DNA of 64,000 nucleotides from Candidatus Geohabitans tengchongensis. GTDB lineage: Bacteria; Sysuimicrobiota; Sysuimicrobiia; Sysuimicrobiales; Humicultoraceae. The stretch spans positions 11,800 to 75,799 of the forward strand of contig JAVKIH010000007.1 of the NCBI GenBank assembly GCA_031459625.1, given 5' to 3'. A program made the translations under genes and the position numbers. The notes beneath the pieces are model-generated. The model did not search any database, was not told where the DNA came from, and saw nothing but the letters and a program-made list of their open reading frames with translations. Below, piece by piece: positions 11,068-21,527 of this stretch (positions are counted from its first letter, which is position 1; the number at the start of each line of letters is the position of its first letter).

Positions 11068-12720
11068 TCAGCCCCCGGGGGCGCGGGCGGTCGCGCCGGC
11101 GGCGGCGGCGCGGGCCCGACGCAGGGCGGCCCCGACGAAGGCCTGGTAGAGCGGGTGGGGGCGGGTGGGGCGGGAGCGGTACTCGGCGTGGAACTGCGTG
11201 CCCACAAACCAGGGGTGGTCGGGCAGCTCGATGATCTCCACCAGGTCCTTGGCCGGGTAGATCCCCGTGACCCGCAGGCCGTGCTGCGTCAGCACCGGCA
11301 GGTAGGCGTTGTTGAGCTCGTAGCGGTGGCGGTGGCGCTCGCGGACCTCGTCCGTCCCGTAGGCCTCCCGGGCCAGGCTGCCGGGCTGCAGCCGGCAGGG
11401 GTAGCTGCCCAGGCGCATCGTCCCGCCCTTGTCGGCCACGCCGTGCTGCTCGGGGAGGAGGTCGATCACCGGGTGGGGCGTGTCGGGGTCCACCTCCGTG
11501 GTGTTGGCGCCGGCCAGGCCGCAGACGTGCCGGGCGAACTCCACCACCGCCCACTGCATCCCGTAGCAGACGCCGAAGAACGGCACCCGGGCCTCCCGGG
11601 CGAAGCGGATGGCCTTCACCTTCCCCTCCACGCCGCGCGCCCCAAACCCCGGGCAGACCAGGATGCCGTCGAAGGCGGCCAGGTGCGCGTCCACCTCCTC
11701 CTGGGTCAGCCGCTCCAGCTCCTCCGCGTCCACCTTGGTGACCTCCACCGCCGCCCGGTGGGCGATGCCGCCGTGGATGAGCGCCTCCACGATGCTGACG
11801 TAGGTGTCCGCCACCCCCATGTACTTGCCCACCAGGGCGATGCGCACGCGGGCCGTCGGGCGGCGTAGCCGCTCCACCATCTCCGCCCACTCCCGGAGGT
11901 CCGGCGGCGGCGTGTCCAGGCCCAGGCCGCGCACGATGGCCTCGCCGAGCCCTTCCGCCTCCAGCATGAGCGGGACCTCGTAGATGCTGTGGGGGGCGTC
12001 GAGGGCCTGGATGACGTTCTCCACCGGCACGTCGGTGAAGAGCGAGAGCTTCTCCTTGACCGCCGGCGTCAGCGGGTGGGCCGTGCGGCAGACCAGCACG
12101 TCGGGCTGGATCCCGATGCTCCGCAGCGTGGCCACGCTGTGCTGGGTGGGCTTGGTCTTCAGCTCCCCGGCCGCCGGGAGGTAGGGGATGAGCGAGACAT
12201 GCACGTAGAGGACGTTGCCCGCCCCCACCGTCCGCTTCATCTGCCGGATGGCCTCGAGGAAGGGCAGGCCCTCGATGTCCCCCACCGTCCCGCCCACCTC
12301 CACGATCGTCACGTCGGCCTGCGCCTCGCGCACCACCCGCAGGATCTCGTCCTTGATCTCGTTGGTCACGTGGGGGATGACCTGCACCGTCCCGCCCAGG
12401 TAGTCGCCGCGGCGCTCGCGCGTGATCACCGCCAGGTAGATCTTGCCGGTGGTGGCGTTGTTGGCCTTGCCGAGCGGCTCGTCGATGAAGCGCTCGTAGT
12501 GGCCCAGGTCCATGTCGGTCTCGCCACCGTCCTCGGTGACGAAGACCTCGCCGTGCTGGTGGGGGTTCATCGTGCCGGCGTCGACGTTCACGTAGGGGTC
12601 GAACTTCAGGAGGCTGACGCGCAGGCCGCGGGCCTTGAGGAGCCGGCCGATGGAGGCGGAGGTGATGCCCTTGCCCAGCGCCGAGGCCACGCCACCCGTC
12701 ACGAAGATGAACTTGCCCAC
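11068..12720 (-). CDS. pyrG: CTP synthase
   Basis: [48 protein letters not shown]. Confidence 0.97.
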   Translation of the reverse strand: MGKFIFVTGGVASALGKGITSASIGRLLKARGLRVSLLKFDPYVNVDAGTMNPHQHGEVFVTEDGGETDMDLGHYERFIDEPLGKANNATTGKIYLAVITRERRGDYLGGTVQVIPHVTNEIKDEILRVVREAQADVTIVEVGGTVGDIEGLPFLEAIRQMKRTVGAGNVLYVHVSLIPYLPAAGELKTKPTQHSVATLRSIGIQPDVLVCRTAHPLTPAVKEKLSLFTDVPVENVIQALDAPHSIYEVPLMLEAEGLGEAIVRGLGLDTPPPDLREWAEMVERLRRPTARVRIALVGKYMGVADTYVSIVEALIHGGIAHRAAVEVTKVDAEELERLTQEEVDAHLAAFDGILVCPGFGARGVEGKVKAIRFAREARVPFFGVCYGMQWAVVEFARHVCGLAGANTTEVDPDTPHPVIDLLPEQHGVADKGGTMRLGSYPCRLQPGSLAREAYGTDEVRERHRHRYELNNAYLPVLTQHGLRVTGIYPAKDLVEIIELPDHPWFVGTQFHAEYRSRPTRPHPLYQAFVGAALRRARAAAAGATARAPGG

Positions 12721-12860
12721 GCCACCGCCTCCCTCCCTCCGGCAGCCCAAACCGATTCCTTATACACCGGCCGCGGGGGAGCGGCAAGGCGGTGCGTGAC
12801 GGGCCGGCGGCCGGCCGCCGGCCCGCCGGCGCCACGCCACCGCGGCACGGGCGCCGGCCC

Positions 12861-13739
12861 TCACGCCCGCTCGCCCCAGGCCAGCTTGGCCCGCAGGATG
12901 CCGTAGAAGGACGGGCGCGACAGGCGGACGAGGCGCGTCACCGCCTCGGCCCGCCGCGCCACCACCCGCTCGCCCGGCCGCACCGGCTGCCCGGCCTGCC
13001 CGTCCACGGTGAGGCGCGGCTCCGCGTCCGGGCGGCCGGGCGGGTCGACCTCGATGGTCACCCGCGCGTCGGCGCCGACGATGACCGCCCGCGCGTTGAA
13101 GGTGTGCGGGTTGATGGGGGTGATGATGAGCACCTCCACCCGCGGGTGGACGATGGGCCCGCCGGCGGAGAGGGAGTAGGCGGTCGACCCCGTGGGCGTG
13201 GAGACGATCAGGCCGTCCGCCGGGTAGCTGGCCAGGAGCTCGTCGTTCACGTAGGCGCGCAGGCGCAGCACCCGCGCCACGCCGGTGCCGGTGACGACGG
13301 CGTCGTTGAGGGCCAGGTAGCGGTCGCGCGCGATCCCGTCCCGCTCCACGGCGGCCTCCAGCATCATGCGCGGCTCGACGGCAAAGTCCCCGGCGGCCAG
13401 CCGCGGGACGGCCTCCGGCAGCTCTTCCACGTTCAGCTCGGCGAGGAAGCCGAAGCCGCCGGTGCGCACGCCCAGCAGCGGCACGCGCCCGGCGCTGAGG
13501 CGCGCGCCGTGCAGGATGGTCCCGTCGCCCCCGACCACCACCAGGAGCCCCGCCTCGCCCGCGAGCGCCTCCGCCGGTGCGGTCTCGACAGGCACCGGGA
13601 GCAGGTCGGCGGCGGTGTCGCTCACCAGCACCCGGCGGCCCAGCGCGCGGAAGCGCTCCACCGCCGCCCCCACGGCCGCGGCCGCCTCGGAGCCGCGGCT
13701 GAGCTTGGTGGGGTTGATGAGGACGGCGACGGTCTCCAT
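12861..13739 (-). CDS. nadK: NAD kinase
   Basis: GGDGT, ALND, DGLIVSTPTGSTAYSLSAGG. Confidence 0.95.
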   Translation of the reverse strand: METVAVLINPTKLSRGSEAAAAVGAAVERFRALGRRVLVSDTAADLLPVPVETAPAEALAGEAGLLVVVGGDGTILHGARLSAGRVPLLGVRTGGFGFLAELNVEELPEAVPRLAAGDFAVEPRMMLEAAVERDGIARDRYLALNDAVVTGTGVARVLRLRAYVNDELLASYPADGLIVSTPTGSTAYSLSAGGPIVHPRVEVLIITPINPHTFNARAVIVGADARVTIEVDPPGRPDAEPRLTVDGQAGQPVRPGERVVARRAEAVTRLVRLSRPSFYGILRAKLAWGERA

Positions 13740-14623
13740 CAGGTGTCGCGGGCCTCCTCCTCGAGGGGAGCGGTCACCGCGGCCTCGATGGCAGCGGCGA
13801 GGGCCCCGTCGTCGAGGAGCAGGCGCGCCCCCCGCGCCGGGTCGGGGACGAGGAGGAGGAAGAACTCCCGGTTGCCCCTGGGCCCGCGCAGCGGCGAGAC
13901 GGTCACCCCGGCCACCCCCCAGCCCTGGCGGCGGGCCCACGCCACCAGGTCGGCCAGCACCCGGCGGTGGACGGCGGGATCGCGCACCACCCCGCCGGGG
14001 GCCATCCCCCGTCCCGCCTCGAACTGGGGTTTGACCAGCGCCACGATGAGCCCGCCCGGGGCCAGCCGCCGCGCCACCGCCGGCAGCACGCGGACCAGCG
14101 AGATGAACGAGACGTCCACGGTGGCCAGCTGCACCGGCTCGGGGACGGTCCGCGCGTCGAGGTGCGCGGCGTGGGTGCGCTCCCGCACCACCACCCGCGG
14201 GTCCTGGCGCAGCCGCCAGTCGAGCTGCCCCCGGCCCACGTCCACCGCGTAGACGCGGGCCGCCCCGTGCTGCAGCAGGCAGTCGGTGAAGCCCCCCGTG
14301 GCAGCGCCCACGTCGAGGGCCACCGCGCCCCGCACGTCCAGCCCGAAGGTGCGCAGGGCGTGCTCCAGCTTCTCGCCGCCGCGGCTGACGTAGCGGGGAC
14401 GGCGCGGCACCACGGTGATGGCGGCGCCAGTCGGGACGAGGCGTCCGGGCTTCGCCACCGGCTGCCCGTCCACCAGGACCTCACCGGCCAGGATCGCCGC
14501 CTGGGCACGCTCCCGGCTGGAGGCGAGCCCGCGCTCCACCAGCAGCAGGTCCAGGCGGCGCCGCCGCGCCTCTCGTGCGTTTCCGGCGCCACCGGCCCTC
14601 CGCGAGCGCGCCGGTGCCGTCAT
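13739..14623 (-). CDS. tlyA: TlyA family rRNA 2'-O-methyltransferase
   Basis: S4-like RLDLLLVERG, YVSRGGEKL, DVGAATGGFTD, DVSFIS, VKPQFE, GNREF. Confidence 0.94.
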   Translation of the reverse strand: MTAPARSRRAGGAGNAREARRRRLDLLLVERGLASSRERAQAAILAGEVLVDGQPVAKPGRLVPTGAAITVVPRRPRYVSRGGEKLEHALRTFGLDVRGAVALDVGAATGGFTDCLLQHGAARVYAVDVGRGQLDWRLRQDPRVVVRERTHAAHLDARTVPEPVQLATVDVSFISLVRVLPAVARRLAPGGLIVALVKPQFEAGRGMAPGGVVRDPAVHRRVLADLVAWARRQGWGVAGVTVSPLRGPRGNREFFLLLVPDPARGARLLLDDGALAAAIEAAVTAPLEEEARDT

Positions 14624-14636
14624 GAGGACAGCCCCC

Positions 14637-15572
14637 TCATGCCTCCCGCGCCAGCAGGAGCCGGGCCAGCCCGGCCAGCAGGTCGCCGCGGGCGCCCAGC
14701 GGCCGGAGCGCCTCCACCGCCTGCGCCGTGAGCCCTGCGGCGATCGCCCGCGAGCGCTCCACCCCGTAGACGGTGGGGTAGGTGAGCTTGCGACTGGCGG
14801 CGTCGCGACGGGCGTCCTTCCCCAGCGTCTGCGCCTCGCCCACCTCGTCCAGCACGTCGTCGATGACCTGGTAGGCCAGCCCCAGGTGCGCCCCGTAGGC
14901 ATCGAGCGCCTCCAGCTCCTCGGAGGACGCGTCGCAGAGGATCGCCCCGGCCCGCACGCACGCACGAATGAGGGCGGCGGTCTTGCGCCGGTGGATGTCC
15001 GCGACGGCCGAGGCGAGGTCGCCCGGCCAGCCGGGCATGGCCGGCTGGTCGGGCCTGCGCTCCGCCAGCAGGTCGAGGACCTGTCCGCCCACCATGCCCC
15101 CGGTCCCGATGGCCGCTGCCACCTCGCGCACCACCGCCGTGGCGGCCTCCGGCCGCACCCCGGGGACGGGGCGGGCCAGCAGCTCGAAGGCCAGCGCGTG
15201 CAGGGCGTCCCCGGCCAGGACGGCCATGGCCTCGCCGAAGACGCGGTGACAGGCCGGCCGCCCGCGGCGCAGCGCGGCGTCGTCCATGGAGGGCAGGTCG
15301 TCGTGGATCAGGGAGTAGGTGTTGATCAGCTCGACGGCGCAGGCCGTGGGCAGTACCGGCTCGACCGCTCCGCCCACCGTCTCCGCCGCGGCGATCACCA
15401 GCAGCGGGCGCAGCCGCTTCCCGCCGGCGAAGACGCTGTAGCGCATGGCCCGGTGGAGAATGGCGGGGAAGGCGTCCTCGGGCGGCAGCCAGGCGTCGAG
15501 GGCCGCGTCCACCCGCGCCGTCCGGTCGGCGGCGTAGGCGTGCAGGTCGGCGGCCAGGGCGCGCTCAGCCAA
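14637..15572 (-). CDS. ispA: Polyprenyl (farnesyl/geranylgeranyl) diphosphate synthase
   Basis: GGKRLRP, HDDLPSMD..RRG, GQVLDL, YQVIDDVLD. Confidence 0.92.
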   Translation of the reverse strand: MAERALAADLHAYAADRTARVDAALDAWLPPEDAFPAILHRAMRYSVFAGGKRLRPLLVIAAAETVGGAVEPVLPTACAVELINTYSLIHDDLPSMDDAALRRGRPACHRVFGEAMAVLAGDALHALAFELLARPVPGVRPEAATAVVREVAAAIGTGGMVGGQVLDLLAERRPDQPAMPGWPGDLASAVADIHRRKTAALIRACVRAGAILCDASSEELEALDAYGAHLGLAYQVIDDVLDEVGEAQTLGKDARRDAASRKLTYPTVYGVERSRAIAAGLTAQAVEALRPLGARGDLLAGLARLLLAREA

Positions 15573-15852
15573 TGGTGAACCCCTGCTGCCCGCGGGGCGC
15601 CGCCCAGGTCACCTCGGCGTGCTCCACGACGGCCCCGCGCGGTCCCTCGCGCACCCGGCGCACGAAGGCTTCCACCGCCGCCCGCGGGCCCTCCGCTTCG
15701 ATCTCCACGCTGCCGTCCGGCAGGTTGCGGGCGAAGCCGGCCAGCCCCAGGCGGGCCGCCTCGCGCTGGGCGAAGAAGCGAAACCCCACCCCCTGGACGA
15801 GCCCGCGCAGCCGCACCCGCGCGCGGACGACGGCGGCCTCCTCCACGGTCAC
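15565..15852 (-). CDS. acyP: Acylphosphatase
   Basis: GLVQGVGFR, GFARNLPDGSVE; GTGA overlap with nusB stop. Confidence 0.93.
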   Translation of the reverse strand: MTVEEAAVVRARVRLRGLVQGVGFRFFAQREAARLGLAGFARNLPDGSVEIEAEGPRAAVEAFVRRVREGPRGAVVEHAEVTWAAPRGQQGFTIG

Positions 15853-16262
15853 TGCCCCTGCACCCGGGAGAGGCGCTCCCGGTAGACGGCGCCGAGGACC
15901 CCGTTCACGAAGCGTCCCGAGTCCTCCGTCCCGTACTTCTTCGCCAGCTCCACCGCCTCGTTGATGACGACGTTGGGCGGGGTGTCCATGGCCAGCAGCT
16001 CGTAGAGGGCCAGGCGCAGCACCGCCCGGTCCACCGCCGGCATGCGGTCGAGCGTCCACCCGCTGAGGTGCTCGGCGATGAGACGGTCGATCTCCGCCCG
16101 GCGCGCCCACACCCCGCTGCACAGCTCAACGATGAAGGGCCACTCCTCGCGAGGCCGCTCCGCCCGCACCTGCTCGAGGACGTCCTCGAGCGGGGCCTTC
16201 CCCACGTCGGCCTGGAAGAGGACCTGCAGCGCCACGTCGCGCGCCCGGCGCCGCGGGCTCAT
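15849..16262 (-). CDS. nusB: Transcription antitermination factor NusB
   Basis: RRRAR..ALQVLFQ, DRAVLRLA, INEAVELAKKY, FVNGVL. Confidence 0.96.
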   Translation of the reverse strand: MSPRRRARDVALQVLFQADVGKAPLEDVLEQVRAERPREEWPFIVELCSGVWARRAEIDRLIAEHLSGWTLDRMPAVDRAVLRLALYELLAMDTPPNVVINEAVELAKKYGTEDSGRFVNGVLGAVYRERLSRVQGQ

Positions 16263-16283
16263 CGGGTCACGCGCCCCGCCGGC

Positions 16284-16847
16284 TCATGGCTTCACGCGCT
16301 CGATGTACTCCCCGGTCCGGGTGTCCACGCGGATGCGGTCGCCGGTCTCGACGAAGAAGGGCACCTGGACCACCGCCCCGGTCTCCAGGCGCGCCGGTTT
16401 CCCTCCCCCGTGCACCGTGTCGCCCCGCACGCCGGGGGCGGTCTCCACCACCGCCAGCTCCACGGCGTTGGGCAGCTCCACACCGAGGGGCCGGCCGTCG
16501 TGGAAGACGACCTGGACCTCGGTGTTCTCCCGCAGCCACCGCGTGGCGTCGCCCAGCAGCGCCGCGTCCAGGGAGACCTGCTCGAAGCTCTCCTGGTCCA
16601 TGAAGACGTAGTACGTCCCGTCGTGGTAGAGGTAGAGCATCGGCTTGCGCTCCATGAACGCCCGCGGGTAGCGCTCCTCGGGCATGAAGGTGCGCTCGGT
16701 GATGGCCCCGGTCTTCAGATTGCGCAGCCGCGTCCGGACGATGGCCGTGCCGCGCCCGCGCTTGATGTGCTGGAACTCCATCACCACGTGCAGCTCGCCG
16801 TCGATCTCCACCACCATGCCCGGCCGGAAGTCGTTGGCCGCGATCAT
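16284..16847 (-). CDS. efp: Elongation factor P
   Basis: FMDQESFEQ, PGVRGDT, KPARLETG..VQVPFF, VDTRTGEY. Confidence 0.96.
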   Translation of the reverse strand: MIAANDFRPGMVVEIDGELHVVMEFQHIKRGRGTAIVRTRLRNLKTGAITERTFMPEERYPRAFMERKPMLYLYHDGTYYVFMDQESFEQVSLDAALLGDATRWLRENTEVQVVFHDGRPLGVELPNAVELAVVETAPGVRGDTVHGGGKPARLETGAVVQVPFFVETGDRIRVDTRTGEYIERVKP

Positions 16848-16864
16848 GCCCTCCCCTCCCCGTC

Positions 16865-17971
16865 TTACACCTCCAGCAGGTCTTTCGGCAGCCCGGTGAG
16901 GACCTCCACGCCGCCGTCGCGCAGGACCACCAGGTCCTCGATGCGCACCCCGCCCCACCCCGAGCGGTAGATTCCCGGCTCCACGGTGAGGACGACGTCC
17001 GGCTCCAGCGTCGCCTCCTCCCGCGGCGAGAGCGTGGGCCCCTCGTGCACCTCCAGGCCCACCCCGTGGCCCAGGCTGTGGCCGAAGGCCTCCCCGAAGC
17101 CGGCGGCGGTGAGGAGGTCGCGCGCCAGCGCATCCCCGGCTTTGCCCGTCATCCCCGGGCGCAACCCCGCCTCGGCCGCCTCCTGGGCCCGCCGCACCGC
17201 CTCGTAGACGCGCCGCTGCTCCGCGGTGGCGCGGCCCACAACCACGGTGCGGGTGCAGTCGGAGCGGTACCCCCCGACGACCGCCCCGAAGTCGAAGGTC
17301 ACCAGGTCCCCCGCATGCAGCGGGCGGTCGGACGCCCGCCCGTGGGGCATGGCCGAGCGCGGGCCCGAGGCCACCACCACGTCGAAGGCCAGCGCCTCCG
17401 CTCCCGCGCGGCGCATCTGGAACTCCAGTTCCAGCGCCAGCTCGCGCTCGCGCACGCCGGGCCGTACCAGCGGCAGCACGGCGCGGAACGCCGTATCGCC
17501 GATGGCCGCCGCCCGGCGGATGCGCTCCACCTCCTCCGGGTCCTTGCGCCAGCGGATCCGGTCGAGGCCGGCCACGGGGACCAGCTCCACCTCCGGGAGG
17601 CGCTCGGCGAGCTGCCGCCACTGGGCCACGGTCAGGACCTCGCTCTCGAAGCCCAGGCGGCGCACCCCCAGGTGGCCGACCAGCTCCGCCAGGCCTTCGG
17701 CCATGTTGCTCACGCGGACGTGCCGGGCCTGCGGCGCCTCTTGGACGGCCTGGTCCAGGTAGCGGAAGTCGATCAGCAGGTGGACCTCGGTCGGGGTGAG
17801 CAGCGCCACGCCGTCCCGCCAGGTGTCGTGGGACGGGCCCCCGCCGGTGAAGCCGGTCAGGTAGGTGCGGTTCTGGGGCTTGAGCACGACGAGGGCGTCG
17901 AGCTGCTCCTCCTCCAGGCGGGCCCGCGCCCGCAACAGGCGCTCATCGAGCGGCAGCCACACAGCAGACAT
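16865..17971 (-). CDS. Xaa-Pro peptidase (M24B)
   Basis: DFG..YRSDCTRT, HSLGHGVGLEVHE, TVEPGIY, GVRIED; usual neighbour of efp. Confidence 0.93.
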   Translation of the reverse strand: MSAVWLPLDERLLRARARLEEEQLDALVVLKPQNRTYLTGFTGGGPSHDTWRDGVALLTPTEVHLLIDFRYLDQAVQEAPQARHVRVSNMAEGLAELVGHLGVRRLGFESEVLTVAQWRQLAERLPEVELVPVAGLDRIRWRKDPEEVERIRRAAAIGDTAFRAVLPLVRPGVRERELALELEFQMRRAGAEALAFDVVVASGPRSAMPHGRASDRPLHAGDLVTFDFGAVVGGYRSDCTRTVVVGRATAEQRRVYEAVRRAQEAAEAGLRPGMTGKAGDALARDLLTAAGFGEAFGHSLGHGVGLEVHEGPTLSPREEATLEPDVVLTVEPGIYRSGWGGVRIEDLVVLRDGGVEVLTGLPKDLLEV

Positions 17972-17979
17972 ACAGCAGG

Positions 17980-17988
17980 ATGATAGCA
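17980..17988 (-). promoter_or_regulatory. Extended -10 promoter, near-leaderless
   Basis: Minus strand TGcTATCAT, 8 nt before ATG at 17971, no SD. Confidence 0.55.
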
Positions 17989-17992
17989 GACC

Positions 17993-19015
17993 TCACCACC
18001 GTGGCCCCTGCGGGCGCCGACGCTCCACCGTCACGCCCCGGGCGCTCAAGCGCGTCAGCCAGACCTCCACGCCGGGGAGGCGGCGGAGCGCGGCCGCCGC
18101 GGCCCGTGCGCGGCGGGCATCTTCCAGGACTCCGTAGACCACCGGTCCGCTGCCCGACAGACCGGCCACCACGGCCCCGTGCCGGCGCAGGACGGCGGCG
18201 AGGTCCCGGACGATCGGGTGGCGCCGCTCCACGACGGCTGAGAAGACGTTCCCTGCGGCCTTGCCGAGCGCCCGCAGGTCGCCGGCGGCGAGGGCCCGAG
18301 CCGCCGCGGCCACGTCCGGCCGCGGCACCCGCTGGACACGGTGCTCCCGCTCTCGGGCCGCTCCCGGGTGGGCCCCACGGGCCCGGTCGAGGGCCGCATA
18401 GGCCCAGGCCGTGGAGATGGCCACAGGCGGCCGGGCCAGCACGACGGGCAGCGGGGGGAGCGCGGGCAGGGGCTCGAGCCGATCCCCCCGTCCCCTCCCC
18501 AGCGCCGCCCCACCTCTGAGGAGGAAGGGCACGTCGGCCCCGAGGGCTGCGGCCAGTGCGTGCAGCGTCGCCGCATCCGCGCGCAGGCGCCACAGGCGCG
18601 CCAGACCCACGAGGGCCCCCGCCGCATCGGCGCTGCCGCCGCCCAGGCCGGCCGCCACGGGGATCGCCTTGTGCAGGGTGATCCGGGCGCCCGCCCGCAC
18701 GGCAAAACGCTCGCGGAGGCGCTGCGCCGCCTGCACCACCAGGTTGCGCTCGCTGAGCGGCACCCCCGAGGCCGCCGCCCCGGGCGCCAGCGCCAGCTGG
18801 ATCGCGCTGCGGTGGGGACGCAGCATCAGGGTGTCGTGCAGGGCGATGGTGTGGAGTACCGTGGCCACGTCGTGGTACCCGTCAGGCCGGCGCCCCAGGA
18901 CGTCGAGGGCCAGGTTGATCTTGGCCCGGGCCCGGACGACGAGTGTCGGCTGGGCTGCGGGGCGCCGGCCGCGCAGACTCCGCCGTGGGGCCGCGGGGCG
19001 GGCAGCTGCCCTCAC
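17993..19015 (-). CDS. ispE: 4-diphosphocytidyl-2C-methyl-D-erythritol kinase
   Basis: AKINLALDV..RPDGYH, IPVAAGLGGGSADAA, GADVPF, LSGSG. Confidence 0.95.
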   Translation of the reverse strand: MRAAARPAAPRRSLRGRRPAAQPTLVVRARAKINLALDVLGRRPDGYHDVATVLHTIALHDTLMLRPHRSAIQLALAPGAAASGVPLSERNLVVQAAQRLRERFAVRAGARITLHKAIPVAAGLGGGSADAAGALVGLARLWRLRADAATLHALAAALGADVPFLLRGGAALGRGRGDRLEPLPALPPLPVVLARPPVAISTAWAYAALDRARGAHPGAAREREHRVQRVPRPDVAAAARALAAGDLRALGKAAGNVFSAVVERRHPIVRDLAAVLRRHGAVVAGLSGSGPVVYGVLEDARRARAAAAALRRLPGVEVWLTRLSARGVTVERRRPQGPRW

Positions 19016-20235
19016 GCCCGCCCGCGGGTGGTGTCGCTCACCCGGGCGGCTTCCGCGCGGGCCCACCGGTCGGCTTCGAGGATCGCCTCCAGGTCCGGCT
19101 CGGCCACAGGGGTGTGGGCCTCCACGACACGGCGCACCACCCGCACGATGTCCCCAAACGGGAGCGCCCCGGCCAGGAAGCGGGCCACCGCCACCTCGTC
19201 GGCGGCGTTCAGCACCGCCGGTGCCGTCCCGCCGGCGCGGGCCGCCTGGCGGGCCAGGGACAGGGCCGGATAGCGGTCGGGGTCGGGACGCTCGAAGGTC
19301 AGGGGGCCGAGCGCGGCCAGGTCCAGATGCCCGAAGGGCGCCGGACGCCGCTCCGGGTGGTGCAGGGCGTGGTGCAGGACGATGCGCATGTCCGGCAGGG
19401 CCAGGATGGCCTTCACGCTGCCGTCGACGAACTCCACCATCCCGTGGACCACCGCCTGGGGGTGGACCAGCACCTCGATGCGCTCGGGCGGCAGACCGAA
19501 GAGGTGGCTCGCCTCGATGACCTCCAGCCCCTTGTTCATCATCGTGGCGGAGTCGACCGTGATGCGTGGCCCCATGCGCCAGACCGGGTGGGCGAGGACC
19601 TCCTCGGGCGTCACCCTGTCCAGCGTCTCCAGGGGTCGGCGCAGGACGGGGCCGCCCGAGGCGGTGAGGACCACCCGGGCGACACTCTCCGGGGCCTCGC
19701 CGGCCAGGCACTGGAAGAGGGCGTTGTGCTCGCTGTCCGCCGGCACGATCACCGCACCGCGGCGGCGGGCGGCCGCCAGCAGCAGGGGGCCGGCCGCCAC
19801 CAGGACCTCCTTGCTGGCCAGGGCGATGCGCTTTCCCCACTCGGCCGCCGCCAGGGTGGGGCGCAGGGCCGCGATCCCCACGATCCCCACCACCACGACC
19901 TCGGCCTCGGGGTGAGTGGCCGCGGCCACCAGACCCTCGGGGCCCCCCACGACCACGGGGCCGCCATCCGCCGGGCCGGGGGTCTCGGGTGCACCGGCGG
20001 CGGGCGAGACAGCGTCGCCCAGGCGTCGGCGCAGCGCCTCGGCCGCCTCAGGGTCGGCGACGGCCACGAGCTGCGGCCGGGCACGCTCGACCTGGGCCGC
20101 CAGCCGCTCGATGTCACGACGCGCGGCCAGCGCCACGACCCGCAGACGCCTCGGGGAGGCGAGCACGACTTCGAGCGCGGCCCGGCCGACCGACCCGGTC
20201 GAGCCCAGGATGGCCACGCCCCGGGGGGCGGTCAC
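19012..20235 (-). CDS. dxr: 1-deoxy-D-xylulose-5-phosphate reductoisomerase
   Basis: ILGSTGSVG, DSEHNA, LTASGGP, HPVWRMGPRITVDSATMMNKGLE. Confidence 0.97.
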   Translation of the reverse strand: MTAPRGVAILGSTGSVGRAALEVVLASPRRLRVVALAARRDIERLAAQVERARPQLVAVADPEAAEALRRRLGDAVSPAAGAPETPGPADGGPVVVGGPEGLVAAATHPEAEVVVVGIVGIAALRPTLAAAEWGKRIALASKEVLVAAGPLLLAAARRRGAVIVPADSEHNALFQCLAGEAPESVARVVLTASGGPVLRRPLETLDRVTPEEVLAHPVWRMGPRITVDSATMMNKGLEVIEASHLFGLPPERIEVLVHPQAVVHGMVEFVDGSVKAILALPDMRIVLHHALHHPERRPAPFGHLDLAALGPLTFERPDPDRYPALSLARQAARAGGTAPAVLNAADEVAVARFLAGALPFGDIVRVVRRVVEAHTPVAEPDLEAILEADRWARAEAARVSDTTRGRA

Positions 20236-20801
20236 GCGCCGCTCCCTCCCGCGGGGGCACCCCGGCCTTCCCGTCCCTCCGGCCTAGCGACCCCGCCCGG
20301 AGCGGCCGCCTCCGCCTGGGCCTCACAGCTACGCCGCGCCACCAGGACCACGGCCATCGCGGCGATGGCCTCGCCGCGGCCCAGTCCGCCCACGCGCTCG
20401 TGGGTCGTGGCCTTGACGCTGACGGCTTGCGGGTCCAGGGCGAGGATCGCGGCGATCACCTGGCGCATCTGCGGGATGTGCGGAGCCAGCGGGGGAGCCT
20501 CGGCGACCACGGTGGCGTCGACGTTCACGGGGACGTAGCCCTGCTGCGCCAGCAGCGAGGCCACGGTGCGCAGCAGGTCGGTGCTCGGCGCTCGGCGGTA
20601 GCGCGGGTCGTCCGGCGGGAAGTGCCGGCCGATGTCCCCCTCCCCCACCGCCCCCAGCAGCGCGTCGGCCACCGCGTGCAGGAGGACGTCGGCGTCGGAG
20701 TGCCCCTCGAGCCCCAGCGGGAAGGGGATCGTCACCCCACCGATGACCAGCGGCCGCCCTGGAGTCAGCCGGTGGACGTCGTAGCCGATCCCTACCCGCA
20801 C
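20232..20801 (-). CDS. ispF: 2C-methyl-D-erythritol 2,4-cyclodiphosphate synthase
   Basis: RVGIGYDVH, GHSDADVLLHA, DIGRHFP, SVKATT. Confidence 0.96.
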   Translation of the reverse strand: MRVGIGYDVHRLTPGRPLVIGGVTIPFPLGLEGHSDADVLLHAVADALLGAVGEGDIGRHFPPDDPRYRRAPSTDLLRTVASLLAQQGYVPVNVDATVVAEAPPLAPHIPQMRQVIAAILALDPQAVSVKATTHERVGGLGRGEAIAAMAVVLVARRSCEAQAEAAAPGGVARPEGREGRGAPAGGSGA

Positions 20802-20809
20802 GTCGCCGC

Positions 20810-21520
20810 CTACCCGACCGGCTCCGGAGCGGCCGCCCCGCGCCCCCGCAGGATGGCTTCCGCCAGCCGCAGGTCGTCCGGGGTGGCGATCTTGAGGTTG
20901 TCGGGCGAGCCCTCGACCACGGCCGGCGCGTAGCCCATGGCCTCCACCAGGGCGGCGTCGTCGGTGGCCAGCAGTCCCGTGGCCCGCGCGTAGGCATGCG
21001 CCTGCCGCAGCAAGTCGGCGCGGAAGGCCTGCGGGGTCTGGGCCAGCCACAGCGACGAGCGGTCCAGGGTGCGGGTCACCCGGTCCCCCTCGACGACCTT
21101 GACCGTCTCCGCCACCTTCGTGGCCAGCAGCGCCGCGCCGGTCGTCCGGGCCGCCGCCACCACACGGGCGATGGCTTCCGGCGTCACCAGCGGGCGGACG
21201 CCGTCGTGCACGGCCACCACGGCGACGTCTGGAGGCAGTGCGGCCACGCCCAGCCCCACCGACGCCTGCCGCGTCGGCCCCCCGGCGACCACACGCATGA
21301 CCTTGCGGCAGGCCGCCGCCCGGGCCAGCGCCCACGCGCGCTCGACGTCCTGGCCGCGGACGACCAGCACCACGGCCTCGACGGCCTGGCAGCGCTCGAA
21401 GGCGGTCAGGGTGTGGAGGAGGATCGGCTGCCCGGCCAGCAGGCGGAAGGGCTTGGCCTCGCCGGGACCCATGCGGGTCCCGTCGCCGGCAGCCACGATG
21501 AGGGCGCACATCTCGGGCAC
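20810..21520 (-). CDS. ispD: 2C-methyl-D-erythritol 4-phosphate cytidylyltransferase
   Basis: AAGDGTRMG, GGPTRQAS, HDGVRP, AQTPQAF, TDDA, NLKIAT. Confidence 0.95.
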   Translation of the reverse strand: MPEMCALIVAAGDGTRMGPGEAKPFRLLAGQPILLHTLTAFERCQAVEAVVLVVRGQDVERAWALARAAACRKVMRVVAGGPTRQASVGLGVAALPPDVAVVAVHDGVRPLVTPEAIARVVAAARTTGAALLATKVAETVKVVEGDRVTRTLDRSSLWLAQTPQAFRADLLRQAHAYARATGLLATDDAALVEAMGYAPAVVEGSPDNLKIATPDDLRLAEAILRGRGAAAPEPVG

Positions 21521-21527
21521 GGCCCGT

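Noticed and set aside
12721..12770. pyrG reiterative-transcription attenuator (GGGC leader)
   Set aside because: GGGC is too far from the putative -10 and no terminator hairpin with a U-tract is visible.
10097..12835. Very long ORF-track entries that look like fusions (912 aa here; also 5722-7698, 17993-19840, 20232-21848, 33512-36193)
   Set aside because: The N-terminal extensions are Arg/Pro/Gly-rich off-frame readings overlapping real upstream genes. This differs from the TGase-pilin case, where both parts are recognisable domains in one frame.
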